Source: Dipteris shenzhenensis
Lineage: Eukaryota
Length of the DNA stretch: 64,000 nucleotides
Direction: 5' to 3' (one strand)
Assembly: GCA_047967505.1 (NCBI GenBank)
Contig: CM106538.1
In this document: positions 49,135-61,882 of the stretch, piece after piece
How positions within the stretch are numbered: position 1 is the stretch's first letter
How the letters are laid out: each line of letters starts with the position of its first letter
The notes under the pieces: model-generated
What the model was told of the DNA's origin: nothing
Seen by the model: only the letters and a program-made list of their open reading frames with translations
Database searches by the model: none
Program-made: the position numbers and the translations under genes

Positions 49135-52100
49135 TTAGTCCCATGCGGACATTGAGTTCTTGCCTAGGTCGTGTTTGCTTGCAACCTTTTTGGAAGCTTG
49201 ACTTTGCAATAGCTGGGTAAAGATGCAAGATTTCTTCATCGAGGATCCTTTATCTTCTTGTTTCAAAGAGAAAACATGGCAGCCCAATTTCTTCTTCAGG
49301 GTCTCTGGACAATCATAAACCAACCCCTTTACCTGGAGTCTTGGAGACCAAGCTTCAACCTACACAATCAGTTGTCAACCAAGCTTCTGGTGTGGGCACA
49401 GCTATCCGATCTTCCTTTCTCACTTTCCAACCAAGCAGTCTCTCTCTATAGTTGCTTAGGGAAAATCGTGAGTCTAGAGAGAGAATAGTTTATTAATCCT
49501 TGTGGTAATCCCCAGGTCTATGTTCAGCTTGATTTAGCTAAAGATTTACCTAGCACTCTTGTCCTCCTTAATAGGAGAGGTGAATTGGTTAGAGAGAAGC
49601 CTTTCGTTTACAAGAAACTCCCTATTCCTGCTTTCTATGTGGCCTTGTAAGTTAATCGATTAAGAACTCTCCTCTGAAGAAAGACAAATCCAAGCCTTCT
49701 CCTAAACCCCCTCCCACCAATCCTAAAGAAAAGTGGGCTCCTAAGGCTAACACCCCTCTGCCAAAACCTCTCAAACCAGATAGCCCACATACTAGTCCTC
49801 TAAAAGTTCAGTCTACTCCAAGTATCTAAAAGAGGAGAATGTGGAAGAAAAAGGGGAGACTTCTATTGTCTCCAAAAACCCATTTGACACCCTTGCGGGT
49901 CAGGACATAGATGAACAAATGCTTGAGCAACCCAAGGAGGAGATTGAGAGTGGCGGGTCCAAACAATCCGAGAACAACAAGATAGATGAAATGCTGATAA
50001 AAGATAATGAAAATGACTCAAAAGAAGAGCTTCCCGTACCTTCACAATTTGAGAAAGACATGATTGTGCCGAGTAAAGGTCGAGTAATCATACAGAATAA
50101 TCCCAGGTCAAAGAGCCTCTACCCATCCTAAGAGCCCCAACCCCAAGGCCAAAAATGGGCAAAAGATACATGGTAAGTAAGCCCTCACACTTAGAGTGTG
50201 TGGATTAACTAACCCCTCTAGAGGGGAAGTTGTAGCTAGTTGCTTGTGAGAAAATTCTCTCTCACCCACTTTTTTGGCCCCATAAGGGGTTAAGGTAACA
50301 AATAGTACTCATGAAGCAAGGCTGAAAACTATCAACAAACTTTTTTGGCCCCATAAGAGGTCAAGGTAACAAATAGTACTCGTGAAGCAAGGTTGAAAAC
50401 TATCAACAAACAAAGAGAGTCGTATTACACCCAGTAGAGGAGGGTAGGGGAGGTACTAATCTTGGGATACTCTCCCATTACAAACATGGATCCTCGAGAA
50501 TTTCGCAAATAATATGGGAAGATGGTTGGCACTGCAATGCACTATCAAAGACATGCATATTATGATGATATATATTTATGCATCTACAAGCTACCAAGAA
50601 AGGAAGAGAATCTCGAACTCTCTTGAAGGCTTGGATGAAAATGTTGTTGTGTTAGGAGATTTCATTATGGTAGACCATAGAGAGGACATATGGCTAGGGA
50701 GGAAAACATCATTTCTCAAAGGCTCCGAGTTGCAAGCTTGGGCATCACTTAAGGATGCATTGTACTTGGTTGATCCAGGAACTGTTGGAACTTTTACTTG
50801 GCCCAACAGACAATTTGGTGAGCTCAAAAGGGAAGCAACATTGGATAGAGCTTACCTCTCTCAAGGTATCTTGAAGGGTGCCATCAAAATTAGTACACAT
50901 GTGTTCTCCTCCCTTTTAATCTCATATCGTAAACCCCTTAAAATGGTCTGTGACTTTGGAGAAGGTAGGGCTTCGACCTCTTGGTTTAAAGCTGACCCCT
51001 CTCTCTTCTCTCTACAAACATTGCAGAAATGGATTCTTGAATTTTGGAGCACCCCTTTTTTTGAGGGCAAAACAGTTGTTGATCTATGGTAAAAAATATT
51101 CTCTACAACTCAAAAGAATGCTTCGGGATGCAAGGGAAAATCGTGCTAAAATTCCGGCCACAAGAATTTTTGCCATTAATGCAAAGGTTGAAAACTTAAA
51201 AATGCTGGCCAAGTAGGGTTGTGTTAAAGCTCAAGAGGAAGTGGCATAGAACTTAGAGGCAGGAACAGTTCAAGCTTCAAGACACTAAGGTCTACTTCAG
51301 GAAGTGGTGGTTGGCAAAATGGATGGACCCTCAAAGGAGGTTTTCAAGATGATTAGAAGAAAGAGGGAGGATGAAGAGATCCCTCTTCTATATATTGGGG
51401 ATAACAAGTGGTGCACCAATGATTTTGAAAATCAAGATTGTATCCTCAAGCACTTCCAAAATCTCTTATCCTCTTCTACATAGAAGCGTGACGAGATATA
51501 ACTGGCAAGGGCCATTTTCCAGTTGGTTAGGAAGAAATGTCTTAAAAGATTTGAGAAAATCTCTCTTGAATCTCCCTTAACTCTCTAGAACCTTAAGAAT
51601 GTATTCTAGAAATCCCTTTGGCTAGCATTTGAGAGTGTGAAGAGCCAACTCACCTTTTGAGTCTTGATTCTATTAGGGTTTTTGTTATACACAAAAACTC
51701 TCCACTTGGGGATGAGAGTTTTTCACTGCCTGTTTGCTACACAAGAAAAGACTAAGGACCTGGCAACAATTATGGTTAAGAGATCGGTTCAGATGGATGA
51801 ATTGGCTGAAGATCCGAAGACATTTTGGGCTTTCTAATCAATTTCAAACCTGATAACTTCAAGGCTAGCCTTATGGAAAGGAGACATACAATGGAAGGAG
51901 ATGTACAGTGGAAGGGGAGGTACGTTCCTTAATGACTCAATGGAGTTTAGTTGAGTCAATCAATTGCTATCCATTCCCATGCCCACTGAAGACATCAGTG
52001 ATATTGTAAGGGTCTTGAATTCCAATGGAAGGGAGGAGAAAATATCCTTTGTTGGAAGACTAAATTTGGCAGAATCTGGCACAGTAGTGCATCCTATAGA

Positions 52101-52620
52101 AAATGTCTACTCTTTTGTGGTTAATTTTACCCAAAGTTGTTTGGACTAATGCGAGAGGAGCAGGATTGGTAAGGGGGATGGACTTTGTAAGCATTGACCA
52201 GGGAGCAAAGAAGACATCTTTCAATTGCTTGTTGCATGCCCCTTTGCTAGGAAAGTGTGAAAATTTTCTTAGATATAGCTGGGTGAACCTCTGAACTAGA
52301 AATCTATCCTTTTGGGAGAATCCACTAAAGTTAAACAATCTATTTGGACACTTGTCAAAGCTCATGCACTTTGGTCTATCTAGATTTCTATCCTTGTGGG
52401 GGAATACACTAAAGTTAAACAGTTTAATTGGACACTTGTCAAAGAGGTCTATCTGGATTTCTAGAAAAGTTTTCCAATTCAATGAAATGGTTACTAATCC
52501 TGAATCTTTCTTTGTGGACTAGCTATCAGGATCATCACATATTGGATCAAGCCATTAGAACCTTCAACAAGGGCCATCAATGTCATGGTTTGGACCAGAT
52601 TTAATCTAGGCCGTTCCATT
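49135..52620 (+). mobile_element. Degenerate, internally deleted L1-type LINE (ORF1 DUF4283, endonuclease, zf-RVT remnant; RT core missing)
   Basis: GLWTIINQPLYLESWRPSF; IYAST..VLGDF..FTWPN..LDRAYLS; CKH..SKEDIFQLLVACPFARKV near 52186-52260. Small tandem duplications at ~50270-50411 and ~52295-52445. Confidence 0.82.
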
Positions 52621-53415
52621 GAGAATCTTTAAATCACAGAATTTGCCCCTCCCTCAGACTGAAAAATCTGGCAAATGTGCTCACCACGTGTCAAGCGCGT
52701 AGCCTCCCCACCTCCCTTGATGACTAGGAAAGGCCACATGTCGGCCTTATCGAAATTTGGTAGAATTTTGGCTCCCGACTGCGAGCCGTTCACCAGCATT
52801 CGACCGGCTTCCTCCCTAGAAGGGCCTCCCCATGACACTTCCCTACTCCATGACCATATGTTCGTGAAGCAGGCTACCAATTGAAACATCGTAGAGAATG
52901 CCAACACAATGACCATGCGGGTTAGTAGTAGTGACTGTGAGGTGTGGGTGCGGGTAGGTAAGCCGCAATGGTTGGCGGTTCAGTCCTTCAAGCGGTTCAA
53001 GTCTTCAACTGTCTCTAACTGATAGACGATTCTTGTACGCATATCCACCATAACCTTTAAAAAAAAAAGCTTTGTATTTGATTCACTTGCAGTTCATGAG
53101 AAAGTGGTAAATGGGATAATCAAATGTGGGTCAATGTAATTTTGTGATATAGGGGGCCTTCGAATGTGGGCACTTGAATTGCTTTTTAATCGCACCTTCA
53201 ACGAATCTAAAATATTGTGCGGTTTGGATCAATATCCCATCATGGAGAAGTTGGGTAGATGGTCGTCATGGAACCGAAATTGAGAAGACTTTACAAAATG
53301 ATGGTGCAAATATTATAGCAAGGTGTTATTCCATTTGGATTATCGTGATACCTTCTTTTAGGGTGCATGTCCGTGTGAATATAGTTAGGTGTGTACAATG
53401 GTTTAGGGTTGGGTT

Positions 53416-54063
53416 AAATGATGTTGCATGGCTATGATACTTCACACAAGCCTCAAAATAGGTGAGTTTAAGGCCCATTCAAAGTATCACGACCATCTAA
53501 CATAATTTTCCCCCTTTGTAAACCCCAAACCCTTGTTTTAATAAGTGCTTAATGCTCCTTAAACTAAAAAACAAGGAGTTGGGCTTTGCAAATGGGGCAA
53601 ATGATGTTGGATGGCCATAATACTTTGCATGGGCATCAAAATAGGTAAGTTTAAGACCCATGAAAAGTATCATGGCCATCAAAAATCATTTTTCCCATTT
53701 GCAAGCCCCAAACCCTTGTTTTTATAAGTGCATAATGCTCCTTCAACTACAAAACAAGGAGTTGGGCTTTGCAAATGGGTAAAATGATGTTGGATGGCCA
53801 TGATACTTTGCACTGGCCTCAAAATAGGTGATTTTAAGACCCATGCAAAGTATCATGGCCATCCAACATCATTTTCCCCATTTGCAAACCCCAAACCCTT
53901 GTTTTAATAATTGCAAAATGCTCCTTAAACTAAAAAACAAGGAGTGGGGCTTTGCAAATGGGGCAAATGATGTTGGATGGCCATGATACTCTACATGGGC
54001 CTAAAAGCAGGTTATTTTAAGGACCATGCAAAGTACCATGGCCATCCAACATCATTTTCCCAT
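53416..54063. repeat. 183-bp tandem array (~3.5 copies) built from alternating inverted half-units
   Basis: ATGATGTTG(G/C)ATGGC recurs at 53418, 53601, 53784 and 53967; each unit also contains its own reverse complement. Confidence 0.95.
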
Positions 54064-54120
54064 AGGTATTGATGGATACTGCACTAGTGTGACATGTGAA
54101 ATACCAACATTTGCTTACAA

Positions 54121-54700
54121 AGGGCGGAGGGCGGGGCGGGAGTGGAGGCGAGGGTCGAAGGTGAGGGGGAGGGATGGCGGTGGAAACGAGGGCAGGAGGC
54201 TGGGAGGCGAAGGGGGCGAGGGTGGAGAGCGAGGGTGGGGGCTGAGGATGGAGGGTGGGGGGGGTGAAGAGGCGAGGGCGGGGGCGGCAGGGGTGGGGCG
54301 GGGCGGGGCAAAAGGGCGGGAGGGGGCGGGGCGAAAGGACAGGAGGGGTGAGGGGGTAGGGCAGAAGGGCGGGAGGGGCGGGGGGCAGGCGTAGCGAGGG
54401 GGCGAGGTGAAGCGAGGGGGCGGGGGAGAGCGAAGCGAGGGGGTGGGGGCGGGCGAAGCGAGGGGGTGGGGGAGGGCGAAGCGAGGGGGCGGGGTGAGGC
54501 GAAAAGGCGAGGGGGGGTGAGGCGTAGCGAGGGGGGCAGGGTGAGGCGAAGGGGCGAGCGGTGAGGTTGAAGCGAGGGGGCGGGGTGAGGCGGAGGGAAG
54601 AGGGGGTGAGGGCGAAGAGGTGAGGGGGTGAGGGCGGCCGAGGCGGGGGTGAGCTAGGGGGTAGAGGCTGCGGGAGGGAGGGAGAGGGCTCGCAGGAGCT
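54121..54700 (-). mobile_element. Isolated G-rich LINE 5' UTR homologous to 30185-30813
   Basis: Same GGGGC/GCGAGGGGG/GGGTGAG arrays and same terminal motif GAGCTAGGGG..GTAGAGG(C/T)TGC..GGCTCGCAGGAGC; no ORF1/ORF2 next to it. Confidence 0.85.
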
Positions 54701-55414
54701 CCTCGTTTTTAAGGCTCATGTATGAGGGCAAAATGTTGCAAAACTACATGATTTTGTTACAATGTTAGGCCGTCAGAAGTGGATGTGCAACTTAGTGCAA
54801 CCAAGTCTTCTACTTTGAGGATAAGAAAACATTTGATTAGCAATGAAGTGAAACAAATAAAGAGATGTGAGGGACCAAGTGTCAAATCTATTATTGTCGC
54901 CATCCTACAAGGCATTAACCATTTAGAAAGTCGAGTACCCCATGCACAAGTTGAAGATTGAAATGAGTGAACATTTAATATGTGCAGCTATTACAATGTA
55001 AATTGACATTGATTTGGACCATGGGGATTGTAAATCAATTAGTTGCTAGTTTCATACATATTCTATGTGATGATGTGTGAATTGGGTTTGGATATTTAAG
55101 ACTATTTGTAACGTGAACAAATGCTTTTAAATCTTCCAAATAACTGTCACGTAGACGTAAGCATTGCTAGCTATTACACTAGCGTGTGTGAAGTACCAAC
55201 ATTTGCATATAGAGCATGATGTGGTGAATGATCATAGTGCAAATAGATGCTTACTCGAGATCGAGTACGATGTGGAAAAAGGCAATTTTCCATCCCACAC
55301 CTATGTCCATAGGCAGATTACCACGTCTATAGCCATCCACTTATGTTAAGAGGGGCCAAGATAATTGGATGTTTTCTCAATCTCGAGCTCTAGCACACTG
55401 CTGAATAAGAATGA

Positions 55415-56694
55415 GTGAACTTGATTGTCTTTAGTGTGATGACTGGATACTCCCCTATAGTCATCATGCTAAAAAACAATGGCAAGATCGGGGTATGCAT
55501 TGATCTAAAGAAATTGAATGTTGCAACACAAACAAGCCTTTATCCACTTTTGTTTACAGAGCATGTGTTGGAAAGGGTGGTGGGGAAAGATCTTTATAGC
55601 TTTCTTGATGGATTCTTGGGTTACAACCAAGTATTCATAGCCCTAGTAGATCAACAAAATATTGTATTTTCCCCATGGAATAGGTGGTATTTTCTTCATG
55701 AGTGATGCTCTTTAGTCTCACCAATGCTCCTACTACATTTCAGAGACTAATGATCATAGCCTTTAAAGGGTATCTAAGAGGTTTTGTATAAGTCTTCCTT
55801 AATGACTTATGCATCAACTCTAAATGGGATGATCATATGAAATATCTCAGACTAGTCGTAGAGAGGTGTCACCTATATTGCATATCCCTCAACCCCATCA
55901 AGTGCCAGTTTTGGGTAAGGAATGGAGTAATTCTTGGCCACATCATGTCTAAGAATGGGATCTCCATAGACTATAATAAGATCAAGATCATCTTGGATCT
56001 CCTACCTCCTATGGACCCTAAGGATGTACAACATTTCACAAGGCACAAGGGCTATTATCAAAGGTTCATAATATTTTACATTGTCTGCCCATTGTAAAAT
56101 TTACTAGTGGCTTTCTTTTTTACAAAAGAATGACAAGTAGCCTTTGACACCCTTAAACTCTCCTTGGCTATTGCACCAGTTCTAGGGGCCATAGACTAGG
56201 ATTTGATATTCCACGTCTTTGCAATAGGGTGCGTAATGGCTCAATTGGGTGAACATAATTTAAACTACCCAATATATTTTACAAGCCATCAACTCAATGA
56301 TGCCAAAGTAAATTATACAACCATAGCAGGATGGACTACCCATGGTATATGCGGTCAAAAATTTTAGACACTACTTGCTAGCAAACAAGTTCATGTTCTT
56401 TGTTGATCATCAAGTGCTTTTTCACCTAGTAATAAGTCATGCATGATTGGGCTAATAACATGATGGATGTTAAGTCTTCTCAAATTTGACTTTACCATTG
56501 CAGTTGATAAGGGGAAGACCCACATGATCGCTAATCATCTATCTCGGGTCCCCACTTGAGAACCACTAGTAGGTGTCGAGGACAATTTTCCAAATACCCC
56601 ACTCTTCCTTGTATACTGGATACCAAAATGGGCCAAGGAGATCAAGACTTGCTCACCAGTGGGTTCTCAAAATACAAACCCATTAACTTGAGGA
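55415..56694 (+). mobile_element. Gypsy RT and RNase H (disrupted)
   Basis: SPIVIMLKNNGKIGVCIDLKKLN, YPLLF, FLDGFLGYNQV, LTNAPTTFQR, FLNDL, LNPIKCQFW, ILGHIMS, NYTT, KNFRHYLL, FVDH. Confidence 0.93.
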
Positions 56695-59600
56695 TGAGAA
56701 AATATACATGCCTCAAGATCTATGGAGCGCTCTAAGGTGGATGAAACCTATGTGGAGACATGATGAAGATGCTCATGACATGTACCTCAAGTCAATTAGG
56801 TTCCAAGATAGATTAGCTTAGACTCATATACAGAATCTTGAGTGAATGTGCATTTCTTCTACTCAACAATACATGATAGGCCTCTTATATAGAGAGTGCC
56901 CTTTGAATAGTCAACACTTGTGGGATCCTCTAATCCACATCTCTCCTTGTGGATATCCTTGATCCACATCTTCACATCTTGTAGTCCACATCCTAGGGTG
57001 GCTACTTTAATTCTTTCCTATACCATACCTTAGCCTTTAATCTATGTGCTCATGGCACCATATCTCAACACCTTCCTTGGGTGCCATGATCCATTGGCTA
57101 CTACAAGGTGATCATATGTGAGTTTACATTCCATCACCTCCCCTTAGTGCATGCATTTCTACTTAAGGTAGTCAAGTGTGGTTTTTACATGTCAATACGT
57201 CCCCTGGGTGCTTTCATAGCTACTCTCAGGTGGTCAAGCTTGATTTACAAACGCGTGGGCTAAAGGTGGCAAGGATGTTGCTTCTCAATACATGTTGTTG
57301 ATGGTGTTCTCTTCATTGCTTAATGTAGTATGATGCATGATACTTTGTTCTTCCATGTTTCTTAATGCTTTATGTGTGGATGCCATGTTCTGTGCTATGG
57401 TCATCTCATGCACTTGTGCTTTTGGCATGCTTTTTGCATTCATGCATCGCTTTTCCATTTGTTGTAAAGGTCTTACCAATTGATTTCTTTCAATATTGGT
57501 AGTGTTTAATTGCTAACAATGATTTTGATTTGATAGGCGTGTAGAGCTAAAAAAGACGATAACTTTTCCTTTTTGGAGCATATGCAAATTCCTCCTGGAT
57601 TGCAAGTTACGCCTTGTTGAAGTTTTTGTGAAGAAGAGGGGCAATTGATGATTGGATTCACATGTTGCTTGCAAACTGTGCCTGGCAAGAATCTATGTGC
57701 TCAGGTGGCACTTGGTGATGTGGTAGTTAACCAATCTTGAACCTACACCAGAACTAAACCAGCTTGTGGTAAACTTGACTGTTGGTGACTTAATTGAACT
57801 AGATAGTCTCAACCAAGGTTGAGCATGCTTAACCATGGTTACTTCCAATCTGCCATGTGGCAGTCTACTAACCATTGCATGGCTAACCAAACCTTGAGGC
57901 TTAACCAGACTGAACCATGGTTTGGTCCTATCTGCCACATGTCTTTTTGGTAGAGAACGTTGGAGGAGACTTTGTGGATGGAGCTTTGAGCTCGTTGTGA
58001 GTCAGAGACGGGCATCAGAGCCTTAGAGCTTGTGGTGGTTGGTGTTGTGAATCGTAGTAGGCTGATTGGCGATGGTGGCTGTTTTGGAGCATGGGCATCG
58101 ATGGAGCCTTAGAGCTCCTTAGATGCGGGTTGCTACAGGTTGGAGAGGCTTTGGCTATAGCAGAGGGCCATTGCACTGCTTAGGTGTCGTGAAGAGGTGG
58201 AGACAGCTGACAATGTCGGGGGGCAGCATGCTCCATAGGCACTATGTGGAGCAGAGACAAGGTTGAGGTGGGCGGAATGAGGGCTTCTTGGTGAGCCTTC
58301 GTTGACAGAGTTATGGCTGGGCTGGCTGTGTGTTTGTGTAGGTCCGGTTGAGTTTGTCATTACAATTAAGCAGTTGGAGGTGCTAGGAGGAGTGGGAGCT
58401 GTCTATTTTGCTAGGTCATAGGGCGGGCAGTTGTATGCAATAGTCGTTGATGCTTGGCACTCTGTGCATTGCTGTTGAGGAGCTAGGTGCTTTTTTGTTG
58501 GCAGAAGATGTTGGCTGTGAGGGAGCTTTGACTGTTGTAGCATGGGCTACCTTATCTGCTTGGAGATGTTGGAGAGGTCAGGTTGTAGCTCTCAGGTTGC
58601 AGCTCATCTTGCTTGCTGGTCCATGTGGTAGAGCTCATGTGTATGGGCCCATTGAGCCTGAGTCACTTGAGGATTGTAGACTATTGTTGAAGGTTGAGCT
58701 TGTGTGGCTTTTCTGAAAGCAGGCATTGAAGCTCATGGATGGTTCTTAGTGGAGTACAGAACTCTAGCAGAATAAACGTTACAAAAATAGAGCTTTCAAA
58801 ACTATGAAATCAAAAAATCTCTCAAGGAACTCTTAACAGAAATCCTCTCTCATGCAGGAAGAATAAATCTCTCTCCCACAATAAGAATCTCTCTAAGAAT
58901 GAATTGAAATCCTCACAAGGAAATCTCAAGAAATGAATGGAAATCTCTTTCAATCAAATGAATGGAAATCTCTTTCATGAACGGAATGAAAGGATACTCA
59001 CTCAATTGGTCTCAATCTCTCAATCTCTCATTCAATCTCTATATCACTCTCACAAGCCAATTGCAATACCTTAGCGGAAGGCAAGGGAGCTCTGATACCA
59101 TGAGAAAACATACATGCCTTAGGATCTATGGGGCACTATAAGGTGGATGAAACCTATGTGGAGACATGATGAAGAGAATGCTCATGACATGTAGCTCAAG
59201 TCAATTCGGTTCCAAGATAGATTAGCTTGGACTCATAAACAATATCTTGAATGAATGTGCATTTCTTCTACTCAACAATACATGATAGGGCTCTTATATA
59301 GAGAGTGCCCTTTGAATAGTCAACACTTATGGGATCCTCTGATCCAAATCTCTCCTTGTGGATATCCTCGATCCACATCTTCACATCTTGTAGTCCACAT
59401 CCTAGGGTGGCTACTTTAATTCTTTCCTATACCATACCTTAGCCTTTAATCTATGTGCTCATGGCACCATATCTCAACACCTTCCCTTGGTGCCATGATC
59501 CATTGGCTACTGCAAGGTGATCATATGTGAGTTTACATTCCATCACCTCCCCTTAGTGCATGCATTTCTACTTAAGGTAGTCAAGTGTGGTTTTTACATG

Positions 59601-61877
59601 TCAATACGTCCCCTGGGTGCTTTCATAGCTACTCTCAGGTGGTCAGGCTTGATTTACAAATGCGTGGGCTAAAGGTGGCAAGGATGTTGCTTCTCAATAC
59701 ATGTTGTTGATGGTGTTCTCTTCATTGCTTAATGTAGTATGATGCATGATACTTTGTTCTTCCATGTTTCTTAATGCTTTATGTGTGGATGCCATGTTCT
59801 GTGCTATGGTCATCTCATGCACTTGTGCTTTTGGCATGCTTTTTGCATTCATGCATCGCTTTTCCATTTGTTGCAAAGGTCTTACCAATTGATTTCTTTC
59901 AATATTGGTAGTGTTTAATTGCTAACAATGATTTTGATCTAATAGGTGTGTAGAGCTAAAAAAGACGATAACTTTTCTTTTTTGGAGCATATGCAAATTC
60001 CTCCTGGATTGCAAGTTATGCCTTGTTGAAGTTTTTGTGAAGAAGAGGGGCAATTGATGATTGGATTCACATGTTGCTTGCAAATTGTGCCTGGCAAGAA
60101 TCTATGTGCTCAGGTGGCACTTGGTGATGTGGTAGTTAACCAATCTTGAACCTACACCAGAACTAAACCAGCTTGTGGTAAACTTGACTGTTGGTGACTT
60201 AATTGAACTAGATAGTCTCAACCAAGGTTGAGCATGCTTAACCATGGTTACTTCCAATCTGCCATGTGGCAGTCTACTGACCATTGCATGGCTAACCAAA
60301 CCTTGAGGCTTAACCAGACTGTACCATGGTTTGGTCCTATCGGCCACGTGTCTTTTTGGTAGAGAACCTTGGAGGAGACTTTGTGGATGGAGCTTTGAGC
60401 TCGTTGTGAGTCGGAGACGGGCATCAGAGCCTTAGAGCTCATGGTGGTTGGTGTTGTGAATCGTAGTAGGCTGATTGGCGATGGTGGCTATTTTGGAGCA
60501 TGGGCGTTGATGGAGCCTTAGAGCTCCTTAGATGCAGGTCGCTACAGGTTGGAGAGGCTTTGGCTATAGCAAAGGGCCATTGCACTGCTTAGGTGTCGTG
60601 AAGAGGTGGAGACAGCTGACAATGTCGGGGGGCAGCATGCTCCATAGGCACTATGTGGAGCAGAGACAAGGTTGAGGTGGGTGGAATGAGGGCTTCTTGG
60701 TGAGCCTTCGTTGACAGAGTTATGGCTGGGCTGGCTGTGTGTTTGTGTAGGTCCGGTTGGAGTTTGTCATTGCAATTATGCAGTTGGAGGTGCTAGGAGG
60801 AGTGGGAGCTGTCTGTTTTGCTAGGTCATAGGGCGGGCAGTTGTATGCAATAGTCGTTGATGCTTGGCACTCTGTGCATTGCTGTTGAGGAGCTAGGTGC
60901 TTTTTTATTGGCAAAAGATGTTGGCTGTGAGGGAGCTTTGACTGTTGTAGCATGGGCTACCTTATCTGCTTGGAGATGTTGGAGAGGTCAGGTTGTAGCT
61001 CTCAGGTTGCAGCTCATCTTGCTTGCTGGTCCATGTGGTAGAGCTCATGTGTATGGGCCCATTGAGCCTGAGTCACTTGAGGATTGTAGACTATTGTTGA
61101 AGGTTGAGCTTGTGTGGCTTTTCTGAAAGCAGGCATTGAAGCTCATGGATGGTTCTTAGTGGAGTACAGAACTCTAGCAGAATAAACGTTACAAAAATAG
61201 AGCTTTCAAAACTATGAAATCAAAAAATCTCTCAAGGAACTCTTAACAGAAATCCTCTCTCATGCAGGAAGAATAAATCTCTCTCCCACAATAAGAATCT
61301 CTCTAAGAATGAATTGAAATCCTCACAAGGAAATCTCAAGAAATGAATGGAAATCTCTTTCAATCAAATGAATGGAAATCTCTTTCATGAACGGAATGAA
61401 AGGATACTCACTCAATTGGTTTCAATCCCTCAATCTCTCATTCAATCTCTATATCACTCTCACAAGCCAATTGCAATGCCTTAGCCGAAGGTAAGGGAGC
61501 TCTGATACCATGAGAAATCATACATGCCTCAGGATCTATGGGGCACTGTAAGGTGGATGAAACCTATGTGGAGACATGATGAAGAGAATGCTCATGACAT
61601 GTAGCTCAAGTCAATTCGGTTCCAAGATAGATTAGCTTGGACTCATAAACAATATCTTGAATGAATGTGCATTTCTTCTACTCAACAATACATGATAGGG
61701 CTCTTATATAGAGAGTGCCCTTTGAATAGTCAACACTTATGGGATCCTCTGATCCAAATCTCTCCTTGTGGATATCCTCGATCCACATCTTCACATCTTG
61801 TAGTCCACATCCTAGGGTGGCTACTTTAATCATACCTTAGCCTTTAATCTATGTGCTCATGACACCATATCTCAACA
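56695..61877 (-). mobile_element. Tandem non-autonomous LTR retrotransposon: LTR-internal-LTR-internal-LTR
   Basis: Three LTRs at 56695-57070, 59101-59479 and 61511-61877 (TG..CA); perfect TSD GAGGA (56690-56694 and 61878-61882); tRNA-iMet PBS TGGTATCAGAGC on the minus strand at 59089-59100 and 61499-61510; PPT-like tracts beside the LTRs; two ~2.03-kb internal copies with no recognisable pol. Confidence 0.97.
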
Positions 61878-61882
61878 GAGGA

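Noticed and set aside
53416-54063. CRISPR-like look of palindromic repeats
   Set aside because: The intervening sequences are themselves repeated rather than unique spacers, the context is eukaryotic, and no cas genes are present.
54026-54394. Gly/Arg-rich ORF
   Set aside because: Translation of the G-rich LINE UTR tract.
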